Shown: positions 1 to 12,149, counted from the stretch's first letter. The stretch is DNA of 64,000 bases from Mesorhizobium sp. (GCF_017306585.1 NZ_JAFKIC010000120.1:104-64103); one strand, 5' to 3'. Notes: generated by a model from the sequence alone, not told the origin. Translations and numbers: made by a program.

Positions 1-2142
1 TGGACCGAATATAAGAGGCTGGCGACGACGGCGAAAAGCTTCGGCATGGACATGCATCTCTTGTCGCCGGCCGAGGTGAAGGCGATGTGGCCGCTGATGG
101 AAACCGGCGATCTCGTCGGCGCCTCCTGGCTGCCGACCGACGGCCAGGCGAGCCCCTCCGACATCACGCAATCGCTGGCCAAGGGCGCGCGCATGCATGG
201 CGTCAGGCTTTACGAGGATGTGCGCGTTACCGGCTTCGAGATGAAGGACGGCCGCATCACGAAAGTGAAGACCAGTCAGGGCGACATCGCCTGCGACAAG
301 GTGGTGAACTGCGCGGGACAATGGGCGCGGCAGGTGGGCGCGATGGCCGGCATCAACGTGCCGCTGCAGCCGGTCAAGCACCAGTACATCATTACCGAGA
401 AGATCGACGGACTGGCGACGGACGCGCCGACGCTGCGCGACCCCGACCGGCGCACCTATTTCAAGGAGGAGGTCGGAGGCCTGGTGATGGGCGGCTATGA
501 GCCCAATCCGCAGGCCTGGACCACCGGCGACGTGCCCAACGACTGGGAGTTCCGGCTGTTCGACGACGACTACGACCATTTCGAGCAGCATATGAGCCAG
601 GCGATCGCGCGCGTGCCGGCGCTCGAAACCGTCGGTGTCAAGCAGATGATCAACGGGCCGGAGAGCTTTACGCCGGACGGCAATTTCATCCTCGGCGTGG
701 CGCCGGAATGCCCCAACATGTTCGTCGGCGCCGGCTTCAACGCCTTCGGCATCGCCTCGGGCGGCGGCGCCGGCTGGGTGCTGGCGCAATGGGTGGTCGA
801 CGGCGAGGCGCCGCTCGATCTCTGGGTGGTCGACATCAGGCGCTTTTCCGGCCTGCACCGCGACCGGCAATGGGTGTGCGAGCGCACGCTGGAAGCCTAT
901 GGCAAGCACTACACGATCGGCTTCCCGCATGAGGAGTATGCAAGCGGCCGGCCGCGCATCGTCTCGCCACTCTACGACAGGCTGAAAGACCATCGCGCGG
1001 TGTTCGGGTCGAAACTCGGCTGGGAGCGGCCGAACTGGTTCGCGCCGCCTGACATCGAGCCGAAGGACATCTATTCGATGGGCCGGCAGAACTGGTTCGC
1101 TTCCGTCGGCGAAGAACACCGGCACGTGCGCGAGAAGGTCGGCATCTTCGATCAGTCGTCCTTCGCCAAATACGAACTGACCGGCCCGGATGCGGCGAAG
1201 GCATTGGACTGGATCTGCGCCAACGATGTCGGCAAGCCGGCCGGCAGGCTGACCTACACGCAACTGCTCAACACGCGCGGCGGCATCGAGGCCGATCTGA
1301 CGGTGGCGCGGCTGGCCGAGGAAAAATTCTACATCGTCACCGGCACGGGTTTCCGCACCCATGACGCCTCATGGATCAGCGACCATATCGGCGAAGGGCT
1401 CGATGCCCGGCTGGCCGACGTCACCGAGGATTTCGGCACGCTGTCGCTGATGGGTCCGCGCGCACGCGACGTGCTTTCTGATGTGACCGATGCCGACGTT
1501 TCGAACGCGGGCTTCCCGTTCGGCCATGTCAGGGAGATAACCATATCAGGCCATACGGTGCGGGCGCTGCGCGTCACCTATGTCGGCGAGCTCGGCTGGG
1601 AACTGCATGTGCCGATCGCCGCGACAGGCGAAGTCTTCGACGCCCTGATGACCGCCGGCAGGCAGCACGAGATCCGCCCGGTCGGCTACCGGGCGCTGGA
1701 ATCGCTGCGGCTGGAGAAAGGCTACCGCGCCTGGGGTTCGGACATTACGCCCAACGACACGCCGCAGGAGGCGGGGCTCGGCTGGGCGGTCAAACTCCGG
1801 AAGAACACCGATTTCGTCGGACGGCGCGCGCTGGAACAGGCCGGCGGGGCAGCGTTGAAAAAGCGCTTTGCCGGCTTCACGGTCGACGATCCCGAGATCG
1901 TTCTCGTCGGCCGCGAGACCATTCTGCGCAATGGCGAGCCGGTCGGCTATCTGACCAGCGGCGGCTATGGCTACACCTTGGGGAAAAACATCGGCTACGG
2001 CTATGTGCGCAACGCCGAGGGGGTGAGCGACGATTTTCTCGCCACGGGCAACTACGAACTGGTCGTTGCCATGGAGCGGACGCCGGCGAAGATCCACTTT
2101 GAGCCGATGTATGATCCGGCAGGGGCCAGGGTCAAAGCGTAG
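1..2142 (+). CDS. FAD-dependent oxidoreductase fused to a GcvT-type aminomethyltransferase domain (dimethylglycine/sarcosine dehydrogenase family); 5-prime truncated by the window edge
   Basis: Frame 1 is open from base 1 (WTEYKRLATTAKSFG precedes the first ATG at 46). The N-terminal part is DAO-like. The C-terminal half has GcvT-like folate-binding sequence (GYRALESLRLEKGY, YVGELGWELH). The 698-aa ORF ends at 2142. Confidence 0.85.
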   Translation, partial: WTEYKRLATTAKSFGMDMHLLSPAEVKAMWPLMETGDLVGASWLPTDGQASPSDITQSLAKGARMHGVRLYEDVRVTGFEMKDGRITKVKTSQGDIACDKVVNCAGQWARQVGAMAGINVPLQPVKHQYIITEKIDGLATDAPTLRDPDRRTYFKEEVGGLVMGGYEPNPQAWTTGDVPNDWEFRLFDDDYDHFEQHMSQAIARVPALETVGVKQMINGPESFTPDGNFILGVAPECPNMFVGAGFNAFGIASGGGAGWVLAQWVVDGEAPLDLWVVDIRRFSGLHRDRQWVCERTLEAYGKHYTIGFPHEEYASGRPRIVSPLYDRLKDHRAVFGSKLGWERPNWFAPPDIEPKDIYSMGRQNWFASVGEEHRHVREKVGIFDQSSFAKYELTGPDAAKALDWICANDVGKPAGRLTYTQLLNTRGGIEADLTVARLAEEKFYIVTGTGFRTHDASWISDHIGEGLDARLADVTEDFGTLSLMGPRARDVLSDVTDADVSNAGFPFGHVREITISGHTVRALRVTYVGELGWELHVPIAATGEVFDALMTAGRQHEIRPVGYRALESLRLEKGYRAWGSDITPNDTPQEAGLGWAVKLRKNTDFVGRRALEQAGGAALKKRFAGFTVDDPEIVLVGRETILRNGEPVGYLTSGGYGYTLGKNIGYGYVRNAEGVSDDFLATGNYELVVAMERTPAKIHFEPMYDPAGARVKA

Positions 2143-2143
2143 G

Positions 2144-2776
2144 TCAGTTCACACGCAGCACGAGGCCACGGCTGGGCACGGTGTCGGCTTCACCGGGCAT
2201 CGATACGTAAGGACGCGTTTCCTCGAGGCGGGCGATCCGGCCCTGTGCCTCGAGTTCGGCGATGCGGGCGGCAAAGCCGTGATCCCAGAGCGTGTTCTTG
2301 ACCGTGAGCACGATCACCCCGCCGGGCCGGCAGATGCGGATCAGTTCGTCCAATCCCTCGGCGCCGACATGGCCTGAGGTGAACACCCCGGCCGAGATGA
2401 TGCCGGCATAGGCACCGTCGGCAAAAGGCAGTTCGCCGCCGAGCGCCAGGCAGTGCAGCGCCGAATAGACGCCCTTGCGCTTGGCCTGATCCAGCATGCC
2501 TTGCGAGATGTCGAGGGCCTCGACCTCGGGATAGCCGGCAATGTTCAGCCACTCGCCTATGAGCCCGGTGCCCGCGCCGGCATCGAGCAGCGGGGCCGCG
2601 CCGCGCGGCAGATGGCGGGCCAGCAGGGCAAGGCAGATGGTCGGATGGCGATAGCCGGCCGCCGACATGTCGGCGTCGTAGGTCTGGGACCAGCGATCAT
2701 AAAGTGCTGCCACTTCTTCCGGCCGCTTGGCCGCGTAGACCTCGCCGAGCGCGCCCTGATGTTTGCTGTCCGCCAC
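2144..2776 (-). CDS. Class I SAM-dependent methyltransferase
   Basis: These are the C-terminal 210 codons of the 419-aa ORF. Motif I is LLDAGAGTG and a post-I acidic residue (ALDIS) is present. I chose the GTG at 2776 because the upstream part of the ORF is antisense to the neighbouring kinase gene. The start is uncertain. Confidence 0.7.
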   Translation of the reverse strand: MADSKHQGALGEVYAAKRPEEVAALYDRWSQTYDADMSAAGYRHPTICLALLARHLPRGAAPLLDAGAGTGLIGEWLNIAGYPEVEALDISQGMLDQAKRKGVYSALHCLALGGELPFADGAYAGIISAGVFTSGHVGAEGLDELIRICRPGGVIVLTVKNTLWDHGFAARIAELEAQGRIARLEETRPYVSMPGEADTVPSRGLVLRVN

Positions 2777-2875
2777 GTGCCCACCAAATTCCGTTGTCCT
2801 GCCGCGATGATAGCCAAACAGGGAAAATTGTGGAACCGTTGCGCCAAAGAAATAACGGCGTGGGGGCACGGGGGC

Positions 2876-3778
2876 ATGACGATAGACGAGGCGCGGGCAA
2901 GACTGGCCGCCATCCCGATGCTGGCCGGCTACACAGGGCCGCTGGACCGGCTCGGCGGCCTTACCAACCTCGTCTTCCGGGCCGGCGACTTCTGCCTGCG
3001 CATTCCAGGCAAGGGCACGGAGGAATACATCAACCGCGCCAATGAAGCGGTGGCGGCGCGCGAAGCCGCGACAGCCGGCGTCAGCCCGCAGGTGCTGCAT
3101 GCCGATGCCGCCAGCGGCCTGATGGTGACACGCTATATCGAGGGCGCCGAGACGATGTCGCCGGAGAAATTCCGCGACAGGCCGGGCAGTCCGGCGCGTG
3201 CCGGCGAAGCCTTCCGCAAGCTGCATCAATCCGGCGCGATGTTTCCCTTCCGCTTCGAGCTGTTCTCGATGATCGACGACTACCTCAAGGTGCTGTCGAC
3301 CAAGGAGGTTGCGCTGCCCGCCGGCTATCACGACGTGGTGCGCGAGGCCGGTTCCGTACGCTCGGCCCTTGCCGCGCATCCGCTGCCGCTCGTTGCCTGC
3401 CACTGCGATCCGCTGTGCGAAAACTTCCTCGACACGGGCGAACGCATGTGGATCGTGGATTGGGAATATTCGGGGATGAACGACCCGCTCTGGGACCTCG
3501 GCGACCTCAGCGTCGAAGGCAAGTTCGGGCCAGAGCAGGACGAGGAGATAATGCGCGCCTATTTCGGCGGCGAGGCCAGGCCCGCCGAGCGCGGGCGCAT
3601 CGTCATCTACAAGGCGATGTGCGACCTGTTATGGACATTGTGGGGGCTGATCCAGCTCGCCAACAACAATCCCGCGGACGACTTCCGCGCCTATGCCGAT
3701 GGCCGCTTCATGCGTTGCAAGGCGCTGATGGAGACGCCGGAATTTTCCCGGCATCTGGCGGCGGTGCGTAGAGGTTAG
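2876..3778 (+). CDS. Choline/ethanolamine kinase-like phosphotransferase (APH/ChoK family)
   Basis: The in-frame ATG at 2876 (MTIDEARARL) avoids overlap with the divergent methyltransferase. A Brenner-type motif HCDPLCENF and a choline-kinase-type motif IVDWEYSGMNDPLWDLG are present. Confidence 0.75.
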   Translation: MTIDEARARLAAIPMLAGYTGPLDRLGGLTNLVFRAGDFCLRIPGKGTEEYINRANEAVAAREAATAGVSPQVLHADAASGLMVTRYIEGAETMSPEKFRDRPGSPARAGEAFRKLHQSGAMFPFRFELFSMIDDYLKVLSTKEVALPAGYHDVVREAGSVRSALAAHPLPLVACHCDPLCENFLDTGERMWIVDWEYSGMNDPLWDLGDLSVEGKFGPEQDEEIMRAYFGGEARPAERGRIVIYKAMCDLLWTLWGLIQLANNNPADDFRAYADGRFMRCKALMETPEFSRHLAAVRRG

Positions 3779-3790
3779 AAAATCTGAGCC

Positions 3791-4714
3791 CTAGTTCACG
3801 CCCTTGGGGACGTTTTCCGGCGGCACCACGGTCTCGACCACCTTCTGGCGGTGGAAGATGAACAGGCCGGCGAGCACGATGATGCCGGAGCCGATCAGGA
3901 TGCGCGGGCTCGGAACGTCGCCGAAGAAGACGAGGCCGAACACCACGCCCCACAGAAGCAGCGTGTAGTGCAGCGGCGCCAGCGTCGAGGCAGGGGCAAG
4001 CTTCAGCGCGCGCGTGATCATCAGATGGGCGCAGCACGAAACTATACCGAGTAGCAGCATGGCGCCGAAATCGAGTGCCGACGGCGTGGTCCAGGCGCCG
4101 ATGGTCAGTGCGCCGCCGACCAGCAGCGTGCCGATCGTTTGCCATGTCACCAGGTTGGTGTCGCTGGTTCCGCGCAAGCGCCGATTGAGGATGATGGCAA
4201 AGGCGAAGGCAAGGCTGCCGGCGAGCGCGTAACCCGACGATAAGGAGAATGCCGATGAGGATGGCTTCAGCATGATCACCACGCCGCAGAAACCGATCAT
4301 GATCGCCACCCAGCGGCGCCAGCCGACCTTTTCGCCAAGCAGGAGATGCGAGAGCGCCGCGACATAGATCGGTCCGGCCATGTAGAAGCTCATGACATCG
4401 GCAAGCGGCAGGTAGACGACAGCGGCATAGAAGAACGCGGTGTCGAGCGTGGTCATGACCACACGCAATATCTGAAGCTCGGGCCGCTCCATGCGAAACA
4501 GCTTGGCGGTGCCCTGGTTCGCAATCATCGGGCCGAGCACGAAGAAGGCGCCGATGGAGCGGATCAGCACCACCTGGCCGACGGAAAAACTGGCGACCAG
4601 CCATTTGCCCATCGCATCGTTGAGCGCGAACATGAAGTCGCCGGCCAGCATCAGCAGGATGCCGGCCAGAAGAACGTTCCGGATCGTGAAGTTCCGCGCC
4701 ACGGGTTGCATCAT
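3791..4714 (-). CDS. EamA/DMT-family transporter
   Basis: The 307-aa protein is strongly hydrophobic with about 10 predicted TM segments and a duplicated EamA-like organisation. Confidence 0.8.
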   Translation of the reverse strand: MMQPVARNFTIRNVLLAGILLMLAGDFMFALNDAMGKWLVASFSVGQVVLIRSIGAFFVLGPMIANQGTAKLFRMERPELQILRVVMTTLDTAFFYAAVVYLPLADVMSFYMAGPIYVAALSHLLLGEKVGWRRWVAIMIGFCGVVIMLKPSSSAFSLSSGYALAGSLAFAFAIILNRRLRGTSDTNLVTWQTIGTLLVGGALTIGAWTTPSALDFGAMLLLGIVSCCAHLMITRALKLAPASTLAPLHYTLLLWGVVFGLVFFGDVPSPRILIGSGIIVLAGLFIFHRQKVVETVVPPENVPKGVN

Positions 4715-4844
4715 GCCAATCCCGATTCCTTCCTTGCCTGAGCCGCCTCGTAGACGGAAGCAGCGGCTTTGACGAGGAAAAATCCCGAAAATGGCCCGAA
4801 AACGGCAAGGCCAGCGCCAGAAATCGGCTGGTTCTGGCCGTTTG

Positions 4845-5105
4845 TTACTTCGGTTGCGGCCTCACGATGATCGGCCTGTAGATCACCGGTCGGTCCCAGG
4901 GGTCGAAGGCCGATGTGCTCCTCAGCTCGGCACGACGATCGAGATCGATGCGCTGCAGGCATTCGGCGAACGCATCATTCTTCTTGAGGAAGCCGTAGGA
5001 CCGGCACTTTGCCTCGTCAGCGGCGCGTCGATCCTGCGCCGACATCGCCGTGCAGCCGACGCAGGTCGCCGCCAGCACCGTCACCATCACCGCTTTGCGC
5101 CACAT
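4845..5105 (-). CDS. Small putative lipoprotein
   Basis: The internal start MWRKAVMVTVLAATCVGC has a lipobox-like VGC and is preceded by GAGGAGG on the minus strand 7 nt upstream. The longer 105-aa ORF start lacks an RBS. Confidence 0.55.
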   Translation of the reverse strand: MWRKAVMVTVLAATCVGCTAMSAQDRRAADEAKCRSYGFLKKNDAFAECLQRIDLDRRAELRSTSAFDPWDRPVIYRPIIVRPQPK

Positions 5106-5193
5106 GAAACACCTCCTCGGATTAAAGTGGAGGCTGATTGTAAACTTATTCGCGGGCAACACGAAGCGGCCAACTTGATGCAGGCGGGGTGTC

Positions 5194-6495
5194 CTATTGG
5201 GCCTGTTCAGGCGCGCGGTGGCGGCGGTTCACCTGGGATGGCCTGCCGGCGATGGACAGCCTCGTATCCTGCCTCGTCCGCTCGGCGACAACCTTGCCCC
5301 TGGCGATGACGCAGATGCGCTCGGCGCGCAGGCGCAGGGCTTCGATCGGATTGCCGGCATCGAGAATGACGAGGCTGGCGCGCTTGCCGACGGCAAGGCC
5401 GAGATGATCGAGCCCCATGATCGCGGCATTGACGCTGGTGACCATGTCGAAGCAGCGCGCCATGTCGGCCGGGCTCGACATCTGGGCGACATGCAGGCCC
5501 ATGAAGGCGACGTCGAGCATGTCGGCGGTGCCCAGCGAATACCAGGGATCGAGCACGCAATCCTGGCCCCAGCCGACACGGATGCCCAGCGCCAGCATCT
5601 CCTTGACCCGGGTCAGGCCGCGGCGCTTGGGGAAGGTGTCGTGGCGGCCCTGCAGCATGATGTTGATCAGGGGATTGGGAATGGCCGAAACACCGGCTTC
5701 GGCGATCAGCGGCAAGAGCTTCGAGACGTAGTAGTTGTCCATCGAATGCATCGAGGTGAGGTGCGAACCGGCCACCCTGCCCTGCAGGCCGAGCCGCTGC
5801 GTTTCGTAGGCGAGTTGCTCGATATGGCGCGACAGCGGGTCGTCGGTCTCGTCGCAATGCAGGTCGACCATCAAGCCGCGTTGCGCCGCGATCTCGCAGA
5901 GTTCGGTCACCGAGCGGGTGCCGTCGGCCATGGTGCGCTCGAAATGCGGAATGCCGCCGACGATGTCGACGCCCATGTCGAGCGCGCGGATGGTGTTCTG
6001 GCGCGCCGTCGGCGAGCGGTAGAAGCCGTCTTGCGGGAAGGCGACAAGCTGCAGATCGATATAGGGCGCCACCGTCTTCTTCACGTCGAGCAGCGCTTCG
6101 ACCGCAAGCAGCCTGTCGTCGCAGACATCGACATGGGTGCGGATGGCGAGCAGGCCCATCGACACCGCCCAGTCGCAATAGGCGAGCGCACGGTCGCGCA
6201 CGGCCTCATGCGTCAAAAGCGGTTTCAGCTCGCCCCACAGCGAAATGCCCTCCAGCAGCGTGCCGGACGCGTTGATGCGCGGAATGCCGTAGGAGAGCGT
6301 CGCATCCATGTGGAAATGCGGATCGACGAAGGGCGATGACACCAGATTGCCATGGGCGTCGACCTCGGTTCGGGCGGCCGCCTCCAGCCTGGGCTCGATA
6401 GCCGCGATCATCTCGCCGCTGATACCGATGTCGGCAATCCTGCCGTCAGCCAGCGTGCCGCCACGAACGATGAGGTCGAAATCCATCTGTCGCAT
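5194..6495 (-). CDS. Cytosine deaminase-like amidohydrolase
   Basis: A metal-binding HxH motif (DPHFHMD) and LHCDETDD are present, and the overall length and order resemble CodA-type amidohydrolases. The start could be MRQ (6495) or MDF (6486). Confidence 0.8.
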   Translation of the reverse strand: MRQMDFDLIVRGGTLADGRIADIGISGEMIAAIEPRLEAAARTEVDAHGNLVSSPFVDPHFHMDATLSYGIPRINASGTLLEGISLWGELKPLLTHEAVRDRALAYCDWAVSMGLLAIRTHVDVCDDRLLAVEALLDVKKTVAPYIDLQLVAFPQDGFYRSPTARQNTIRALDMGVDIVGGIPHFERTMADGTRSVTELCEIAAQRGLMVDLHCDETDDPLSRHIEQLAYETQRLGLQGRVAGSHLTSMHSMDNYYVSKLLPLIAEAGVSAIPNPLINIMLQGRHDTFPKRRGLTRVKEMLALGIRVGWGQDCVLDPWYSLGTADMLDVAFMGLHVAQMSSPADMARCFDMVTSVNAAIMGLDHLGLAVGKRASLVILDAGNPIEALRLRAERICVIARGKVVAERTRQDTRLSIAGRPSQVNRRHRAPEQAQ

Positions 6496-6712
6496 CCCAT
6501 TTCCAGAATCACCCACCCATGGTGGCGCAAAAGACAGCTTGCCGCAGCCGTTTCTTTACGAGCCCGCGAAAGGTTCCCTCTGGCCGTAACTCACTCTATA
6601 AGCCGCAATTCGTCCACGCAGCGATCGGCTTCGCACTCGAGGCCACATTCGCAAACCAGGGAAGTCCCGAGTGAACTTGAACTTGACGTTCCTGAAACGT
6701 GACGAACGCTCG

Positions 6713-8446
<1,734 letters not shown>

Positions 8447-8474
8447 TGGTGCTGCGCTCGCTTCTGAAGCGTAA

Positions 8475-8531
8475 GCGCTGCCCCTCATCCGCCTGCCGGC
8501 ACCTTCTCCCCGTATAGGGACGGGGAGAAGG
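8475..8531. repeat. GC-rich intergenic hairpin repeat unit (family B)
   Basis: The unit reads gcgctgcccctcatccgcctgccggcaccttctccccg-tataggga-cggggagaagg, with an 11-bp perfect stem. It lies between the convergent ABC exporter and ilvD. Related units occur at 12089 and 60237/60359. Confidence 0.8.
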
Positions 8532-8541
8532 AACTTGAACC

Positions 8542-10386
8542 TTACTCCGGCACGTGCCTCACCGCGCCCTTGTCGGCGCTGGTGGCGAAGGCGGCGTAGG
8601 CGCGCAGCGCCGTCGTCACCTTGCGCTTGCGCTTTTCCTGCGGCTTCCAGGCCTGGGCGCCACTGGCCAGCATCTGCGCCCGGCGCGCCTCAAGTTCGGC
8701 GTCGCTGATGGCGAGACGGATGGTGCGGTTGGGGATGTCGATCTCGATGGTGTCGCCTTCCCTGACCAGCCCGATCGTGCCGCCTTCGGCGGCTTCCGGG
8801 GAGACGTGGCCGATCGACAGGCCTGATGTGCCGCCGGAGAAGCGGCCATCGGTGACCAGCGCGCAGGCCTTGCCCAGGCCCTTCGACTTCAGATAGCTGG
8901 TCGGGTAGAGCATTTCCTGCATGCCGGGGCCGCCGCGCGGTCCCTCGTAGCGGATGACGACGACATCGCCGGCCTTGATCTCGTTGGCGAGGATCGCCTT
9001 GACCGAAGCGTCCTGGCTCTCGAACACGCGCGCCGGCCCGGTGAATTTCAGGATCGATTCATCGACGCCCGCGGTCTTCACGATGCAGCCGTCGAGCGCC
9101 AGGTTGCCCTTCAGCACGGCGAGGCCGCCGTCTTTCGAGAACGGCGTCTTGGCCGAGCGGATGACGCCCTTCTCGCGGTCCGTGTCGAGCTCGTCCCAGC
9201 GGCGGTCCTGGCTGAAGGCGACCTGCGTCGGCACGCCGCCGGGGGCGGCGAGGAAGAAGTCGCGGACGTTCTGGCTGGAGGTGCGGGAAATATCCCAATG
9301 GTCGAGCGCCTCGCCGAGGCTTGAGGTGTGCACGGTCGGCAGGTCACGATTGATGAGGCCGGCTTCGTCGAGCTGGCCGAGGATGGCCATGATGCCGCCG
9401 GCACGGTGGACGTCTTCCATGTGAACGTCGGACTTGGCTGGCGCCACCTTGCAGAGCACCGGAACCCGCCGCGAGAGCCGGTCGATATCCTCCATGGTGA
9501 AGTCGACCTCGCCTTCATGCGCGGCGGCCAGGATGTGCAGCACGGTGTTGGTCGAGCCGCCCATGGCTATGTCGAGCGTCATGGCGTTCTCGAACGCGCC
9601 CTTCGAGGCGATGCTGCGCGGCAAGGCGCTCTCATCGTCCTGTTCGTAATAGCGCTGGGCCAGATCGACGACGAGATGGCCGGCCTCGACAAACAGGCGC
9701 TTGCGGTCGGCATGGGTCGCCAGCGTCGAACCGTTGCCCGGCAGCGACAGGCCAAGCGCCTCGGTCAGGCAGTTCATCGAGTTGGCGGTGAACATGCCCG
9801 AGCACGAGCCGCAGGTCGGACAGGCCGAGCGTTCGATGACCTTGACGTCCTCGTCGGAAATCCTGTCGTCGGCCGCCGCGACCATGGCGTCGACCAGGTC
9901 GAGCGCCTGCGTCTTGCCGGCCAGCACCACCTTGCCGGCTTCCATCGGGCCGCCGGAGACGAAGACGGTCGGAATGTTGAGCCGCAAGGAGGCCATCAGC
10001 ATGCCGGGCGTGATCTTGTCGCAATTGGAGATGCAGACCATGGCGTCGGCGCAATGCGCATTGACCATGTACTCGACGGAATCGGCGATCAGCTCGCGCG
10101 ACGGCAGCGAATAGAGCATTCCGTCATGGCCCATGGCGATGCCGTCATCGACGGCGATGGTGTTGAACTCCTTGGCGACGCCGCCCGCCTTCTCGATCTC
10201 GCGCGCGACGAGCTGGCCCAGATCCTTCAGATGGACATGGCCCGGCACGAACTGGGTGAAGGAGTTGACCACGGCGATGATCGGCTTGCCGAAATCGCTG
10301 TCCTTCATGCCGGTGGCGCGCCAGAGGCCACGGGCGCCGGCCATGTTGCGGCCATGAGTGGTGGTGCGGGAGCGATAGGCAGGCAT
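8542..10386 (-). CDS. ilvD: Dihydroxy-acid dehydratase
   Basis: The 614-aa protein has canonical IlvD sequence throughout ([55 protein letters not shown]). Confidence 0.97.
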   Translation of the reverse strand: MPAYRSRTTTHGRNMAGARGLWRATGMKDSDFGKPIIAVVNSFTQFVPGHVHLKDLGQLVAREIEKAGGVAKEFNTIAVDDGIAMGHDGMLYSLPSRELIADSVEYMVNAHCADAMVCISNCDKITPGMLMASLRLNIPTVFVSGGPMEAGKVVLAGKTQALDLVDAMVAAADDRISDEDVKVIERSACPTCGSCSGMFTANSMNCLTEALGLSLPGNGSTLATHADRKRLFVEAGHLVVDLAQRYYEQDDESALPRSIASKGAFENAMTLDIAMGGSTNTVLHILAAAHEGEVDFTMEDIDRLSRRVPVLCKVAPAKSDVHMEDVHRAGGIMAILGQLDEAGLINRDLPTVHTSSLGEALDHWDISRTSSQNVRDFFLAAPGGVPTQVAFSQDRRWDELDTDREKGVIRSAKTPFSKDGGLAVLKGNLALDGCIVKTAGVDESILKFTGPARVFESQDASVKAILANEIKAGDVVVIRYEGPRGGPGMQEMLYPTSYLKSKGLGKACALVTDGRFSGGTSGLSIGHVSPEAAEGGTIGLVREGDTIEIDIPNRTIRLAISDAELEARRAQMLASGAQAWKPQEKRKRKVTTALRAYAAFATSADKGAVRHVPE

Positions 10387-10537
10387 GATTTTTCCTTAGC
10401 TGGCTGGCTGCGCTCGATGCGGAGCGTGGCGGCGCTGAATTCGGACCGCAGGCGTTATAGACGCCATGATCCGGTCTGGCCAGAATTTTGCAATGCGCCA
10501 GCATTACTGGCGGCCAGTTGACGGCGCGGGCTGATCC

Positions 10538-10561
10538 ATATATAGCCATTTGGGTATATAC
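10538..10561 (+). promoter_or_regulatory. Candidate ArsR-family operator (imperfect AT-rich dyad)
   Basis: The dyad atatatagcc-attt-gggtatatac matches 8 of 10 positions between arms. It ends about 20 nt upstream of the arsR-like start, in the ilvD/arsR divergent intergenic region. Confidence 0.3.
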
Positions 10562-10582
10562 CCTTTTAGCTATGGAATATCC

Positions 10583-10927
10583 ATGAACCAGTTGGACGCC
10601 ACTTTTGCCGCGCTTGCAGACCCCACCCGCCGCGCGATCCTGGCCCGCCTCATCCAGGGCGAGGCTTCGGTGATGGAACTCGCCGAGCCCTTCGCGATGA
10701 GCCAGCCTTCGATTTCGAAGCATCTCAAGGTGCTCGAAAACGCCGGGCTGATCTCGCGCGGCCGCGATGCGCAACGCCGGCCGTGCCGGCTCGAAGCCAA
10801 GCCCCTGGCGGAGGCCAATGAATGGCTGGAGCGTTACCGCAAGATCTGGGAAGGCAATTTCCAGCGCCTCGACGCCTTGCTCGGCGCTTTGCAGGCCCAG
10901 AAGCCCACGGGCCAATCGGAACAATAG
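10583..10927 (+). CDS. ArsR/SmtB-family transcriptional regulator
   Basis: A winged-HTH is present (ADPTRRAILARL ... ELAEPFAMSQPSISKHLKVLENAGLI). I used the ATG at 10583. Confidence 0.85.
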   Translation: MNQLDATFAALADPTRRAILARLIQGEASVMELAEPFAMSQPSISKHLKVLENAGLISRGRDAQRRPCRLEAKPLAEANEWLERYRKIWEGNFQRLDALLGALQAQKPTGQSEQ

Positions 10928-11041
10928 CTGAGGCCGGGCGTATCCGAACGGGCTCGGGCTTTTAAAAAAGCGGGACCCGTGTCGGGTAGCCAACCAACCG
11001 AACGTCCTTGGGTAAATACCCGCGATTGAGGAGAAACCACC

Positions 11042-11569
11042 TTGAGCACCACACGCCTGCCCGGTTCGACGGTCGCGACGCTGACCGTTACCACGCCCTC
11101 CGATCGCGAGGTCCAGATCGTCAGGCTGTTCGACGCGCCGCGCCCGATGGTCTTCGACTGCTGGACCGTGCCTGAACTGCTCAAGGGCTGGCTGCATGGC
11201 CCGGACGGCTGGCGGCTGGCGGTCTGCGAGATCGACCTCAGGGTCGGCGGCGCGACGCGCTATGTCTGGCGGCATCGCGACGGGCGCACCATGGGCATGA
11301 GCGGCGCCTATCGCGAAATCGTGCACCCAAGCCGGATCGTCGCCACCGAACTGTTCGACGAGGACTGGACCGGCGGCGAGACGGTTGGAACGGTCGTCTT
11401 CACCGAACAGACCGGCAAGACCCTGCTGACGCAGACAGTGCTTTATGCCTCCCAGGCGGCGCGTGACGGCGCGCTCGGCACCGGCATGACCAGAGGCATG
11501 GCCGAAAGCTATGCCCAGCTCGACGCCTACCTGATTTCACTCCAGGGCGCCTCGAAGGGCGCCGCCTGA
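11042..11569 (+). CDS. SRPBCC-superfamily protein (Aha1/activator-of-Hsp90-ATPase-like domain)
   Basis: The TTG start is preceded by GAGGAGA. The sequence VRLFDAPRPMVFDCWTVPELLKGW is typical of the AHSA1-like SRPBCC proteins that commonly follow ArsR regulators. Confidence 0.75.
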   Translation: MSTTRLPGSTVATLTVTTPSDREVQIVRLFDAPRPMVFDCWTVPELLKGWLHGPDGWRLAVCEIDLRVGGATRYVWRHRDGRTMGMSGAYREIVHPSRIVATELFDEDWTGGETVGTVVFTEQTGKTLLTQTVLYASQAARDGALGTGMTRGMAESYAQLDAYLISLQGASKGAA

Positions 11570-11599
11570 TTTCCCGCAAAGCAACCCGAGGAGAAGACC

Positions 11600-12070
11600 A
11601 TGCAAAAGATCACCACCTTCCTGTGGTTCGACGGCCAGGCCGAAGACGCCATGAACCACTACCTCTCCATCTTCAAGAATTCGAAGGTGCTGAGCGTCAC
11701 GCGCTGGCCCAAGGGCCACGCCGACGAGGGCAAGGTGCTGGTCGCGTCGTTCGAGCTCGACGGCGTGCAGTTCCAGGCGCTCAATGGCGGCCCGCAATAC
11801 AAGTTCAGCGAGGCGATCTCGCTCTCGATCGATTGCAAGACGCAGGCCGAGGTCGATCATTTCTGGACGAAGCTGACCGAGGGCGGCGGCGAACCCGGCC
11901 CTTGCGGCTGGCTGAAGGACAAGTTCGGCGTCTCCTGGCAGGTCGTGCCGGAGCAGTTGCCGCGCCTGCTTCAGGACCCGGACAAGGCCAAGGCCGGCCG
12001 CGTCATGGGAGCGATGATGCAGATGGGCAAGATTGATATCGCCAAGCTCGAAGCGGCTGCGAAGGGGTAA
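11600..12070 (+). CDS. VOC/glyoxalase-superfamily protein (PhnB / 3-demethylubiquinone-9 3-methyltransferase-like domain)
   Basis: MQKITTFLWFDGQAEDAMNHY ... CGWLKDKFGVSWQVVP is characteristic of this family. GAGGAG lies upstream. Confidence 0.8.
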   Translation: MQKITTFLWFDGQAEDAMNHYLSIFKNSKVLSVTRWPKGHADEGKVLVASFELDGVQFQALNGGPQYKFSEAISLSIDCKTQAEVDHFWTKLTEGGGEPGPCGWLKDKFGVSWQVVPEQLPRLLQDPDKAKAGRVMGAMMQMGKIDIAKLEAAAKG

Positions 12071-12088
12071 GCGAGCCCCTCAACGCCA

Positions 12089-12143
12089 GCGCTGCCCCTC
12101 ATCCGCCCTTCGGGCACCTTCTCCCTGTGAAACGGGGAGAAGG
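12089..12143. repeat. GC-rich intergenic hairpin repeat unit (family B)
   Basis: The unit reads gcgctgcccctcatccgcccttcgggcaccttctccc-tgtgaaacg-gggagaagg. It lies between the convergent VOC gene and prfC and is near-identical in its left arm to the unit at 8475. Confidence 0.8.
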
Positions 12144-12149
12144 AAGAGT

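Noticed and set aside
2144-3778. The full-length 419-aa (-) and 441-aa (+) ORFs overlap each other by about 950 bp.
   Set aside because: Only the C-terminal parts carry family motifs (SAM-methyltransferase and choline-kinase-like respectively). The N-terminal extensions are mutually antisense and Arg-rich, so I trimmed them to internal starts at 2776 and 2876.
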